A stretch of 64,000 bases of DNA from an uncultured Candidatus Actinomarina sp. (GTDB taxonomy: Bacteria; Actinomycetota; Acidimicrobiia; Actinomarinales; Actinomarinaceae): assembly GCA_902635945.1 (NCBI GenBank), contig CACPPU010000004.1:2820-66819 (forward strand). Direction: 5' to 3'. Position 1 is the first letter of the stretch. Each line of letters begins with the position of its first letter. Below, piece after piece: positions 50,289 through 59,847 of this stretch. Under the pieces are notes generated by a model. That model was given only the letters and a program-made list of their open reading frames with translations. It searched no databases and was not told the DNA's origin. The position numbers and the translations under genes were made by a program.

Positions 50289-51221
50289 CTAACTGACTCC
50301 AAAAGTTTGTAAAAAAGACTGATTCGAGTACCTGGGGTCATTTATGTCTTTAATTCTATTTGATGATATCAAATCATATACTTCATTTATTCCACGTTCT
50401 AATTCAATTGAAGCTTCAAAACCTGTCTCAGTTTTCAGTTTTTCACTAGATACTTGGTAGTTCCTAGCATCCTGGAAAGGAAGAGGTGTTGTTTCAATTG
50501 TAACTTCAGGAATTTTTTCTTTAATTTTTTCAGCCAGTTCTATAATTTTATAATTTTTATGATGTAAATTGAATATACCATTAACACTTCCCTCAATAGT
50601 ATTATCGATTGCATTAGCTACGTCTTTTACATGTAGCAATGGTCTCCACTGATCACCACCAAACACACTCATTTTGTTTTCCAGAAGCGCTTTAGTGGTT
50701 AGGATATTGACAACTAAATCGAGTCGTATTCTAGAAAATTGATCTCCTATTCCAAATAATGTACCAAGCCTAAAAATTATTGCATTTGAATCTTGAAGAT
50801 AATTTTCTGCAACTAGTTTTGAAGATGCATATTCTGAAAGTGGGTTGACTGAAGAATCTTCATTTAGAATTCCTTCCTGAGCGCCATACACTGAACATGT
50901 TGACAAGAAGATTATTTTTCCCTTAAAGTTTTTTGTTAAGTTTTTTACTGTTTCGGCGTTTATTTCATGTGTTAGAGCTGGGTTAATTGCACAAGCTCCA
51001 TCCCCTACTAAAGCAGCAAGCCATATTACAGCATCAAACTTTTTTAAAATTGGATTTAATTTTTTATAATCTCGAATATCGCCATAAATAAAATCAACAT
51101 CTTTTCTATATGAATTTTCATAAATTAGAGAATCATAAACTGTTACGTTGTGTTTATTAGAGAGTAAATCAACAATGCCACCACCTACGTAGCCAGCACC
51201 GCCTACTACTAATACATTCAT
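50289..51221 (-). CDS. NAD-dependent nucleotide-sugar epimerase/dehydratase (extended SDR)
   Basis: VVGGAGYVGG, STCSVYG, and YASSKLVAE (YxxxK). Confidence 0.7.
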   Translation of the reverse strand: MNVLVVGGAGYVGGGIVDLLSNKHNVTVYDSLIYENSYRKDVDFIYGDIRDYKKLNPILKKFDAVIWLAALVGDGACAINPALTHEINAETVKNLTKNFKGKIIFLSTCSVYGAQEGILNEDSSVNPLSEYASSKLVAENYLQDSNAIIFRLGTLFGIGDQFSRIRLDLVVNILTTKALLENKMSVFGGDQWRPLLHVKDVANAIDNTIEGSVNGIFNLHHKNYKIIELAEKIKEKIPEVTIETTPLPFQDARNYQVSSEKLKTETGFEASIELERGINEVYDLISSNRIKDINDPRYSNQSFLQTFGVS

Positions 51222-51264
51222 AGCTTTTAATAGTATATGCGTATTTAAAGTAATTTAAAAAAAA

Positions 51265-52416
51265 TTAATTTTCAGTTTTTATATAGGAAAAGTAAGCAAA
51301 ATATAATAACCAGGCGACTGAGTGATTGTGCAATAAATCAGTCGCCATTGACAATACTAAAAAAACTATAACTGTTATAAAATTAGGATTAAAGTTAAAA
51401 CCTCTTTTTAATAATGAGGTAAAAATGAGAATAAATAGTAAAGCACCAAATAAGCCATAATTTATCAAATAAAAGATAAATGAATTATGAGGTCCATAAC
51501 TATAGGGATTATTATCAAATTCATCATAAAGATATACGTTTTCAGATTGAAAAATTAGCTGATTTGAACCATTTCCAAATAATTTAGATTCAATCGAACT
51601 TTCAGAATAGTATTCAGTTGAAGCTTGTAACATGAGTAACCTATCACTAATTCCATTGTTGTCATCATTTAGAAATCTCTCATAAACACCCAAACTATTT
51701 GCTGAAATAAGAAGAATCAATACAGAACCAAGTAGCTGTATATATAGTTTTTCTTTGATAAGTTTTAAAAGTATAAACGATATTAAAACTATTAGTGAAA
51801 ACCTTGAATAAGTAACAATTACTCCAATTAAAGAAAGAGGAATAATAAATAATGCATAAGAATTTTTATACTTGAACAAACTATAAATTGCAGTAATTGT
51901 TATTAAATCTGCAAAACTATTTGGACCACCCGCTTGAAATCCATTTGTTCTTCCTTTTAGATAATCAAGTTCACTTGGATTAAATCCAATACTCCATGTT
52001 TGATAATCATCAACGCCTAAATCGATTTCTAGCAAGTATGAAATTATTGAAAAAGTAGAAAGAAAAATAAATAGAATCATTGGAAAATTTAAGTCTTTTA
52101 ACTCTTCTTTACTATTTGTAATAAAAGCATATAAAACAAAATAGAATAAAAATCTATAGATATCTGAAGATAAGGCACTTTGATTAATATAAATATTTTG
52201 AAATATAAGAAAAATAATAAAAGCCAAAAAATATTTACCACTTAAGTCTAGATAGAACATTTTTTCTTTAATTATGTAAATTAAAGCCAAGGTTGTAAAA
52301 ATTAGTACAGGAAGATCGTCTGTGTGTAAGTATGGTCCAAAAATCTCAATGTGTGGAATTATTGGAATAAAAAATAAGATTGACGGAAAAATGTTTTTAA
52401 ATTTAATATTTAACAC
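51265..52416 (-). CDS. O-antigen ligase/polymerase family membrane protein (Wzy_C-type)
   Basis: 383 aa and about 10 TM. GPHNSFIFYLINYGLFG matches the HNxxLxxxxExG-like Wzy_C block. Confidence 0.6.
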   Translation of the reverse strand: MLNIKFKNIFPSILFFIPIIPHIEIFGPYLHTDDLPVLIFTTLALIYIIKEKMFYLDLSGKYFLAFIIFLIFQNIYINQSALSSDIYRFLFYFVLYAFITNSKEELKDLNFPMILFIFLSTFSIISYLLEIDLGVDDYQTWSIGFNPSELDYLKGRTNGFQAGGPNSFADLITITAIYSLFKYKNSYALFIIPLSLIGVIVTYSRFSLIVLISFILLKLIKEKLYIQLLGSVLILLISANSLGVYERFLNDDNNGISDRLLMLQASTEYYSESSIESKLFGNGSNQLIFQSENVYLYDEFDNNPYSYGPHNSFIFYLINYGLFGALLFILIFTSLLKRGFNFNPNFITVIVFLVLSMATDLLHNHSVAWLLYFAYFSYIKTEN

Positions 52417-52503
52417 CTATAAATAAAATATCATCCTATTCATTTTATTCTTAGTATTTATTTTTTTTGTTTAATAGATTTTTTCTTTGTTAGCATTATA
52501 TAA

Positions 52504-53478
52504 ATGACTAAAAATGTACTTGTTACTGGTTGTGCTGGTTTTATAGGCTACAACCTATCAAAAAAATTAATCCATCAAGAATATAGTGTTACTGGAATAG
52601 ATTCACTAAATACGGCCTATGACAAGAAATTTAAAGAACTACGATTAAAAGACCTTGAAAATGAAAAAAATTTTCAATTTGTAAATAATAACTTATCAGA
52701 TGAAGACTCTTTAAATGAGCTTAATAATTTTGATATTGTTTATCATATGGGGGCAAGAGCAGGAGTACGACAAAGCTTTAAAGATCCATTAAGTTACATC
52801 AAAGACAATACTATCGCTACAACAAATGTAGCTAACTTTTGCAAAGACAATAATATTCAAAAAATGATTTTGGCTTCAACTTCATCTATTTATGGCAATA
52901 GTGGTGATAAAGAAATGGTCGAAGATTTAGATGAAAAGATCAATCCCCCATCAATTTATGCATCTACAAAATTATCTGGAGAGACTTTGGCAAAGACCAT
53001 CCTCTCATCGCACGATACTAATTTAATAATCACAAGATTTTTTACAGTGTACGGTCCATATGGAAGACCTGATATGTCAATACTTAGATTTATTCATTGG
53101 ATCATGGAAAACAAAGAAGTAATAATCTTTGGTGATGGTAAACAAAGAAGATCTTTCACATACGTTGACGATGTAGTTGAATTACTACTTAAAGTTCAAA
53201 ATTGCGATAATAGTGAAACTTTTAATGTTGGAAATAATAAAACTTCTTCTTTGAATGAGGTAATTAAAATAATTGAGAAATTCTCTAATAAAGAAGCTCG
53301 ACTTAATAATCAACCAAGGGCATTTAGAGATCCTGATGTTGTACTTCCAAGTTTATCTAAATCAAAGCAGATACTTGATTGGGAACCATCAACAAATATT
53401 GAAGAAGGTATCAAATCAACTATTGAATGGTATTCTTCATTTCAAGATAAGATAAAAGACTACACATACATTGAGTAA
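52504..53478 (+). CDS. UDP-glucuronate 4-epimerase-like SDR
   Basis: VTGCAGFIGYNL, YASTKLSGE, and RFFTVYGPYGRPDM (signature block of UDP-GlcA 4-epimerases). Confidence 0.7.
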   Translation: MTKNVLVTGCAGFIGYNLSKKLIHQEYSVTGIDSLNTAYDKKFKELRLKDLENEKNFQFVNNNLSDEDSLNELNNFDIVYHMGARAGVRQSFKDPLSYIKDNTIATTNVANFCKDNNIQKMILASTSSIYGNSGDKEMVEDLDEKINPPSIYASTKLSGETLAKTILSSHDTNLIITRFFTVYGPYGRPDMSILRFIHWIMENKEVIIFGDGKQRRSFTYVDDVVELLLKVQNCDNSETFNVGNNKTSSLNEVIKIIEKFSNKEARLNNQPRAFRDPDVVLPSLSKSKQILDWEPSTNIEEGIKSTIEWYSSFQDKIKDYTYIE

Positions 53479-53479
53479 A

Positions 53480-54445
53480 ATGAAAAAAGTAATTGTAACT
53501 GGCGGTGCAGGATTTATAGGGTCTAACCTTGTAAAAAAGCTTTTAGATCTAAACGTTGAAAAATTATTAATAATTGATGACTTGTCTACTGGTAATGAAT
53601 CTAATATATCATCAATTGTTAGTGATGAAAGGGTCGAGTTTTTAAATTCAAAAATCGAAGATATTGAGAGTATTAATGAGTTGTTTGAGGATTATGACTT
53701 TTGCTATCATCTAGCTGCAGGTGTAGGTGTTCAGTACATCATGGACAATCTAAGTGAATCACTTTTGACTAATATTTTAGCTACACATAAAGTTCTTGAA
53801 GCTTGTCAGGCTAATGAGCTCCCTATACTTCTGACTTCAACTTCTGAAGTCTACGGGGTAGCTGAAGATGATGTGTGGACAGAAGAAACAAAAAGTTTAA
53901 TTGGTCCTACTACCAAATTGAGGTGGTCATATGCCGCTTCTAAAATGATTGATGAATTTATTGCATTATCATTATTTGAAGAAGGAAAAGTTTCCCCAAT
54001 AATTGTTAGATTATTTAATATCATCGGACCTAACCAGCTTTCAAAGTACGGAATGGTAGTACCTAGGTTTATTGAATCAGCTCTTGAAGATAAAGATATT
54101 TTAATTCATGGTGATGGTTCACAATCAAGATCATTTACCTGGGTTGATGATGTTGTTAATTATTTAATAAAATTGGCAGAAGTAAAAGCATACGGAGAAG
54201 TATTTAATATTGGGCAAACAGAAGAAATCTCAATTAAAAATTTAGCTGAACTTATTATTAAAAAAACTAACTCTAATTCTCAAATAATTTATAAAAGTCA
54301 TGAAGAAGTATTCGGAAAAGCATTTGAAGATCCAAAAAGAAGAACTCCTGGTATTGATAAGATAATTGAGTTTACTGGTATGAAACCAACAAAAAATATC
54401 GAATTTATGGTTGAAAATATAATCAATTTTAAAAAAAATAATTAA
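53480..54445 (+). CDS. ArnA-C-terminal-like / UDP-sugar decarboxylase- or epimerase-type SDR
   Basis: VTGGAGFIGSNL, STSEVYG, and RWSYAASKMIDE (RWxYxxSK block as in ArnA-type decarboxylases). ATG 53480 avoids overlap with the upstream gene. Confidence 0.55.
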   Translation: MKKVIVTGGAGFIGSNLVKKLLDLNVEKLLIIDDLSTGNESNISSIVSDERVEFLNSKIEDIESINELFEDYDFCYHLAAGVGVQYIMDNLSESLLTNILATHKVLEACQANELPILLTSTSEVYGVAEDDVWTEETKSLIGPTTKLRWSYAASKMIDEFIALSLFEEGKVSPIIVRLFNIIGPNQLSKYGMVVPRFIESALEDKDILIHGDGSQSRSFTWVDDVVNYLIKLAEVKAYGEVFNIGQTEEISIKNLAELIIKKTNSNSQIIYKSHEEVFGKAFEDPKRRTPGIDKIIEFTGMKPTKNIEFMVENIINFKKNN

Positions 54446-54448
54446 ACA

Positions 54449-55561
54449 GTGAATATTCTTGTAACAACTGGAATCTTTCCTCCAGATGTTGGAGGGCCTG
54501 CTAAATTTGTTCCCTTAATTGCAGATAAATTATCAAAAAAAAATAATTTAAAAGTAATTACTTTAAGCGAAAAAACTGTTGAGGATAGTCATAATGATTA
54601 TGAAGTATTTAGGATTATTAGGAATCAAAACAAAGTTTCTAGATTTATTAAAACACTTGTTTTGATTATTAAAAATGGAAAAGATGCTGATGTAATATTC
54701 GTAAATGGCTTATGGCTTGAGGTATATATATCAAACTGGTTTATTAGAAAAAAAACAATTAGAAAGATAGTTGGAGATCCTGTATGGGAAAAGTTTTATA
54801 CACAATACAAAACTGATGATGATTTTGATACTTTTCAAGAAAAAAAATATAACACAAAAGTTCAATTTCTTAAGTTCGTAAGAAATGCTGCTTTAAAATC
54901 TTCAAATACTATTGTTGTCCCTTCTTATCATCTTTTAGATTTTGTAAAAAAACAAGGATATAGCGGAAGGTTAATTCAAGTCAATAATGGGACTGAAAAA
55001 ACTAAATCAATTAAGAAAAATAAAGCGGATAATAAATTTTTAATTGTTAGTCGCCTTGTGAGACATAAAAATATTGATCTTGTTTTAAAATCTTTAGTAA
55101 TTCTTAAAAATGAATACAAAATTGATTTTACGTTGAGTATTGTTGGTGAAGGTCCAGAACATAAAAGTTTGATCAATTTAATAAACAAACTTGGTTTACA
55201 TGATTCAGTTAAAATTGTTGGTGCAAAGTATGGTAAAGAGCTTAAATCTTTTTACCAATTTTCAAATTATTTTCTTCAATTATCATCTTATGAGGGAATG
55301 CCTCATGCAATTCTTGAAGCAATGAATTATGAACTTACGATTATTGCATCAAATTTTGGGGGTAACTTTGAACTCCTTGGAGATAATGATTTTGGCTTTA
55401 CATCTTCTTCACTAGATATTGAAACTGTAGCAAATACAATTCATACAGCTATTAAAGATAACTCCAACATAACTGCAAAGAGTAAGGAATTAGTGAATAT
55501 ACACTACAATATTGAAAACACAATAAACAAGTTTTCAGAGATAATTTTAGATAATGAATAA
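54449..55561 (+). CDS. Glycosyltransferase family 4
   Basis: ILVTTGIFPPDVGGPA N-terminus and SSYEGMPHAILEAMNYELTIIAS (EX7E). GTG start. Confidence 0.75.
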   Translation: MNILVTTGIFPPDVGGPAKFVPLIADKLSKKNNLKVITLSEKTVEDSHNDYEVFRIIRNQNKVSRFIKTLVLIIKNGKDADVIFVNGLWLEVYISNWFIRKKTIRKIVGDPVWEKFYTQYKTDDDFDTFQEKKYNTKVQFLKFVRNAALKSSNTIVVPSYHLLDFVKKQGYSGRLIQVNNGTEKTKSIKKNKADNKFLIVSRLVRHKNIDLVLKSLVILKNEYKIDFTLSIVGEGPEHKSLINLINKLGLHDSVKIVGAKYGKELKSFYQFSNYFLQLSSYEGMPHAILEAMNYELTIIASNFGGNFELLGDNDFGFTSSSLDIETVANTIHTAIKDNSNITAKSKELVNIHYNIENTINKFSEIILDNE

Positions 55562-56615
55562 TAAAAATCTTTTATATCTAAATCTAGCTTTAGATGATGA
55601 AGATGTATCTCTGGGATTTGCAAACACGTGGGTTAAACAATTTTCTAATAAATTTGAAAATATTGACATAATCACTTTAAATAAATCTAATGCAAATATA
55701 GCTTCAAATAATAAAGTAAATATTTATGGTTTACTCAAAGATGATAATACATCAAAAATAAGTAAGTTTTTATTAATAAGAAAGACAATAAAGGAACTAA
55801 CATCAACATCTAGTTATGATTTATGTTTTTCACATATGTCACCACTTCTTTTGTTAATGACAAAATTTTACAGCTTAAAAAAGTTTCCTACAATACTCTG
55901 GTACACCCATCCAAAACCTAAAGAATTCTCAAAAAAAATCATACTTATTTTAAGTTTATTTTTTTGCGACAAGGTTGTTACAGCTTCAAATTCTTCATTT
56001 CCATACAAATCAAATAAGTTAAATGTGGTTGGCCATGCAATTGATTACGAACAATTTCTAAATAAGAGACGTGGATTGCTAAATAAGGAATTTCTTATTT
56101 TAAGTAGGATATCAAAATCCAAAAATTTAGAAGTTGCGATTGATGGATTTTTAAAAAGTAAATTTAGTAAACATAATATTTCTATAATTGGTGATGCGGT
56201 TACAAAAGAAGATTCAGAATACAAAAATAAACTATCAAAAAAATATGAAGGTAACAAAAATGTAATTTTTTTAGGAAAAATACCTCATAAAGATTTGCCA
56301 TCTTTAATGAATAAGTACACTTATCATATAAACGCAACTCCAGAGGGTTTTTATGATAAATCTGTTTTGGAAGCAATATCAAATGGTCTTTTTAATCTTT
56401 ACGCTAATAAAGATTATGACAAACACTTTAAAAAAGATATGCAGTTTTTAACAAAATTTGAACTTAACCAAAGATCATTAGCTGATGTTTTGAACTCGGT
56501 ATATGAACAGGAAGATAAAAATATAATAAAAATAATTGAATATAGTCAATTAAGTGTTTCAAACGAATCTATTCAAAATATATTTGAGAGAATAGTGGCT
56601 ACAGTTGAGAGTTAA
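55554..56615 (+). CDS. Glycosyltransferase (GT-B)
   Basis: C-terminal TPEGFYDKSVLEAISNGL (EX7E-like). Lies within the cluster. Confidence 0.55.
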   Translation: MNNKNLLYLNLALDDEDVSLGFANTWVKQFSNKFENIDIITLNKSNANIASNNKVNIYGLLKDDNTSKISKFLLIRKTIKELTSTSSYDLCFSHMSPLLLLMTKFYSLKKFPTILWYTHPKPKEFSKKIILILSLFFCDKVVTASNSSFPYKSNKLNVVGHAIDYEQFLNKRRGLLNKEFLILSRISKSKNLEVAIDGFLKSKFSKHNISIIGDAVTKEDSEYKNKLSKKYEGNKNVIFLGKIPHKDLPSLMNKYTYHINATPEGFYDKSVLEAISNGLFNLYANKDYDKHFKKDMQFLTKFELNQRSLADVLNSVYEQEDKNIIKIIEYSQLSVSNESIQNIFERIVATVES

Positions 56616-57528
56616 CCCAGTCTATAGTTTGAGTTAAGCCATCCTCCAGTTTGACCACAGGTTCCCAATTTAGAAGCTTTTTTGCTTTAGTAATATCAGG
56701 TCTTCTCTGTTTTGGATCATCTTGAGGTAAATCTTTATTGATTAATTTTGAATTTGAATTTGTTAAATCAATAATTGTGGAGGCAAGCTCGTTTACAGTT
56801 ATTTCGCTTGGATTTCCTATATTGAACACATCATTTTGATTTGATTCCATAAGAGCAATAATTCCATTAACAGTATCATCCACAAATGAAAAACTCCTAG
56901 TCTGAGACCCATCTCCATAAATAGTTATATCCTCATTCTTTAAAGCTTGAACTATGAAATTTGTAACAACTCTCCCATCGTTTAATTGCATCCTTGGACC
57001 ATAGGTATTAAAAATTCTGACAACTTTAGTATTCAAGTCATATGTTCTGCTGTAAGTTGCTGTAGCTGCTTCTGCAAATCTTTTTGCCTCATCATACATA
57101 CTTCTTTCACCGTTAGGATTTACATTTCCCCAATAATCTTCACTTTGAGGAGAAACTTCAGGATCACCATAGATTTCTGAAGTTGAGGCAAGAAGGTAGT
57201 CAGCTTTTTTTACTTTTGCCAATCCGAGTGTGTTTATGGTACCAACACTTCCTGCTTTAAGAGTATTTACTGGATTTTCTTGATAAGCGATTGGAGATGC
57301 TGCGCTAGCAAAATGAAATATGAAATCAACATCGTCAGAAATTTCTATATGGTTTTGAACATCATGCTCCATGAAATCTACATTATCATTTGATAGTAAA
57401 TGTTCAATATTTTTGACATTACCTGTGAGTAAATTATCAAGCAAAATTAAGCTATGTCCCTTTTCATAAAGCTTGTCAGCAAGATGTGAACATACAAAAC
57501 CTGCACCTCCAGTAATTAATATTTTCAA
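56599..57528 (-). CDS. UDP-glucuronate decarboxylase (UDP-xylose synthase)
   Basis: ITGGAGFVCSHL, STSEIYGDP, and YDEAKRFAE (UXS-type YDExKR block). 309 aa. Confidence 0.8.
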   Translation of the reverse strand: MKILITGGAGFVCSHLADKLYEKGHSLILLDNLLTGNVKNIEHLLSNDNVDFMEHDVQNHIEISDDVDFIFHFASAASPIAYQENPVNTLKAGSVGTINTLGLAKVKKADYLLASTSEIYGDPEVSPQSEDYWGNVNPNGERSMYDEAKRFAEAATATYSRTYDLNTKVVRIFNTYGPRMQLNDGRVVTNFIVQALKNEDITIYGDGSQTRSFSFVDDTVNGIIALMESNQNDVFNIGNPSEITVNELASTIIDLTNSNSKLINKDLPQDDPKQRRPDITKAKKLLNWEPVVKLEDGLTQTIDWVNSQL

Positions 57529-57529
57529 A

Positions 57530-58729
57530 CTAGCTCCATGGATAATATATTATGCATTGATTATTATTTGCATAATTTGATATGTTCATATTTAATTCTT
57601 CTTTAAGTGGATACATAATAGACAAAAGTGAGTTTGAAGGCACTTCATCTAATTGTTTAACGCTTTGATAATTAGGTACGTCAATTTCAGTATCTAAAAT
57701 CATCACTTCTTCTCCCATTTCATTAAGAACGTTATATATGTCCAAAGTTGGTGAATTTCTTAAGTCATCAGTGTCTTCCTTGAAAGCTGCACCAACTAAA
57801 ACAATTGTTTTAAGATTATTATTTTTTTTCATTGAACGAAGTTGGTTTATAGTCCATTGTAAATGTTCATTGTTGGAACCGATGATATTTGAAATAAGTG
57901 GTAAATTTAATTCATCTTGATTATAAAAATTATTTACTTCTACTAAGTCTTTTGGAAAACAAGACCCACCCCAAGATGGTGATGGTCTAAAATAATGAGA
58001 CCCGATTCTGCTGTCTAAGCCAACACCTTTTAAAACATCTGTTAAATTAGCGCCTGAATAATCTGATAATCTAGTGGCTTCATTAACAAATGAAAGTCTT
58101 AAAGGTAAATATGTATTTGCTAAATATTTTATAAGCTGTGAGCTGATTGGATCTGTTATTACAACTTCTGCATCATAACCTTCATAAAGCTTTTTAAGTT
58201 TATTTATTTTCTCAGAACTTAAACCACCAATTACAATCCGATCCGGATTAAAGAAATCACTAACTGCAGAGCCCTCTCTTAAAAATTCAGGATTAAACGT
58301 TAGAAGATTTTTATCATACCCAACATTCTCACATACATTTTCAATTTCATATGGAGGAATTGTAGATTTAACAGTTATGGTGATATCTTTATTTTCTAAT
58401 TTTGAAATTTCAAGAATTGCAGACTCGAGAAATTTTGTGTCGACAGAATTTGTTTCAAGATTATTTGGTGTCTGCACACAAATAAAAACTATATCAGTTG
58501 ATTGCCAATCCAAGCTTTCATAATTTGAATGAAAAGACATTCTCTTAAAATTTTCATCTTTTTTAAAGTAATTATCTAAATCTGGTTCAAAAAAAGGTAA
58601 TTGCTTATCTTCAAGCTTTTGGATTTTATTACTATCTAAATCAATAAAAGAGACATTATGACCCTGTTCTGCAAAACCAACACCAGTTACAAGCCCTACA
58701 TAGCCTGTTCCAACTATGACAATGTTCAT
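57530..58729 (-). CDS. ugd: UDP-glucose 6-dehydrogenase
   Basis: IVGTGYVGLVTG, NPEFLREGSA, and GGSCFPKD catalytic Cys block. I prefer ATG 58729 (MNIVIVG). Confidence 0.8.
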   Translation of the reverse strand: MNIVIVGTGYVGLVTGVGFAEQGHNVSFIDLDSNKIQKLEDKQLPFFEPDLDNYFKKDENFKRMSFHSNYESLDWQSTDIVFICVQTPNNLETNSVDTKFLESAILEISKLENKDITITVKSTIPPYEIENVCENVGYDKNLLTFNPEFLREGSAVSDFFNPDRIVIGGLSSEKINKLKKLYEGYDAEVVITDPISSQLIKYLANTYLPLRLSFVNEATRLSDYSGANLTDVLKGVGLDSRIGSHYFRPSPSWGGSCFPKDLVEVNNFYNQDELNLPLISNIIGSNNEHLQWTINQLRSMKKNNNLKTIVLVGAAFKEDTDDLRNSPTLDIYNVLNEMGEEVMILDTEIDVPNYQSVKQLDEVPSNSLLSIMYPLKEELNMNISNYANNNQCIIYYPWS

Positions 58730-58771
58730 ATTATGCCATGTTAACAATTAATAGATTTAATATAATTAGTA

Positions 58772-59845
58772 ATGATAAATTATATAGCTCACTGGGACAG
58801 AATACTGATTCAATCAAGAGTGGAAATTATCAATGAATTACAAGATTACAATTTTAGAGCAATTTGTCCTATGGGTAAAAAAAGTAAAATCCAAGATCAT
58901 TATTCCGAAAATATAAACTGGAGAATTTCAAAAACTAAATTCTTTGATATCAACGCAATTTTTAAATTAAAGAGAATACTGGACACCTTAGAAGAAAATA
59001 GCATAATTCATGTATTTACCTTAAAATCTGGATTCTTTTTTATGATTGCAGCCTATTTTTCAAAGAAAAAATTTAATTCAACACTTTCTATAACTGGTTT
59101 GGGATACCTTTTTAGTAACCGTTTAAATACAAAATTGATAAAATTTTTTCTAAAACCTATTTTTGTATGGCTCATTAATAAAACTTTCAAAAATATAATT
59201 TACCAAAATTCTAGTGATGAAAATCTATTCAATAAGTACTCAAAATTTACAAACAATTCATACCTAATTGAAAGTTCAGGTTTGCAAGGAAGTCAATATC
59301 TACTTAAAGAAAAATTTAATAAGCAATTAAAAATTCTATTGGCTGGGCGTTTATTAGAAGATAAGGGAATCAAAAAATATATTGACTTAGCTACTCAAAT
59401 GAACTCTCTTAACGTCAAGTTTTACCTAGCAGGCGAATTGGATGAAGGGAACCCAAAGTCGCTTACCCATAGAGATTTAGAAGATATCAAAAATAATCAA
59501 TTTGTTGAATACCTAGGTTACCTGGATTTAAAAAAGGAATTACAAGAATACGATGTTTTAATATCCTTATCTGATCATGAAGGTTTTTCTAGAATTCTAT
59601 TGGAAGCAGTTTATGTAGGTCTTTATTGCATAGCTTATAAAAATAGTGGTACTGAATTTATAGAAAATTTTCAAAATACCAGAACTGTCGATTCTAAAGA
59701 TTTGGAATTAATTAATGATGAAATTACAAATGTTTTAAATACTGAAAAGAACGTTAGTCTTAATAATAGGGAAATTATTATTAAAAAGTATTCGACCAAA
59801 AATATAGCTAATTCATTCAATGAAATCTATAAATTGGATATTTAA
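58772..59845 (+). CDS. Glycosyltransferase family 4
   Basis: LSDHEGFSRILLEAVYVGLYCIA (EX7E). Confidence 0.65.
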   Translation: MINYIAHWDRILIQSRVEIINELQDYNFRAICPMGKKSKIQDHYSENINWRISKTKFFDINAIFKLKRILDTLEENSIIHVFTLKSGFFFMIAAYFSKKKFNSTLSITGLGYLFSNRLNTKLIKFFLKPIFVWLINKTFKNIIYQNSSDENLFNKYSKFTNNSYLIESSGLQGSQYLLKEKFNKQLKILLAGRLLEDKGIKKYIDLATQMNSLNVKFYLAGELDEGNPKSLTHRDLEDIKNNQFVEYLGYLDLKKELQEYDVLISLSDHEGFSRILLEAVYVGLYCIAYKNSGTEFIENFQNTRTVDSKDLELINDEITNVLNTEKNVSLNNREIIIKKYSTKNIANSFNEIYKLDI

Positions 59846-59847
59846 AA

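Noticed and set aside
52504-54445. Two adjacent 324-aa SDR genes as a recent tandem duplication
   Set aside because: Their signature blocks differ (RFFTVYGPYGRPDM versus RWSYAASK) and the sequences are only distantly similar. They belong to different SDR subfamilies.
54535-54543. A9 homopolymer near the 5' end of the GT4 gene, with A8 runs further on at about 54750 and 54840, as candidate slipped-strand phase-variation switches
   Set aside because: Such A/T runs encode Lys/Asn-rich stretches and are scattered through this AT-rich window, for example T8/A8 runs in core genes and an A10 at 1528-1537. Without population length variation there is no support for phase variation.
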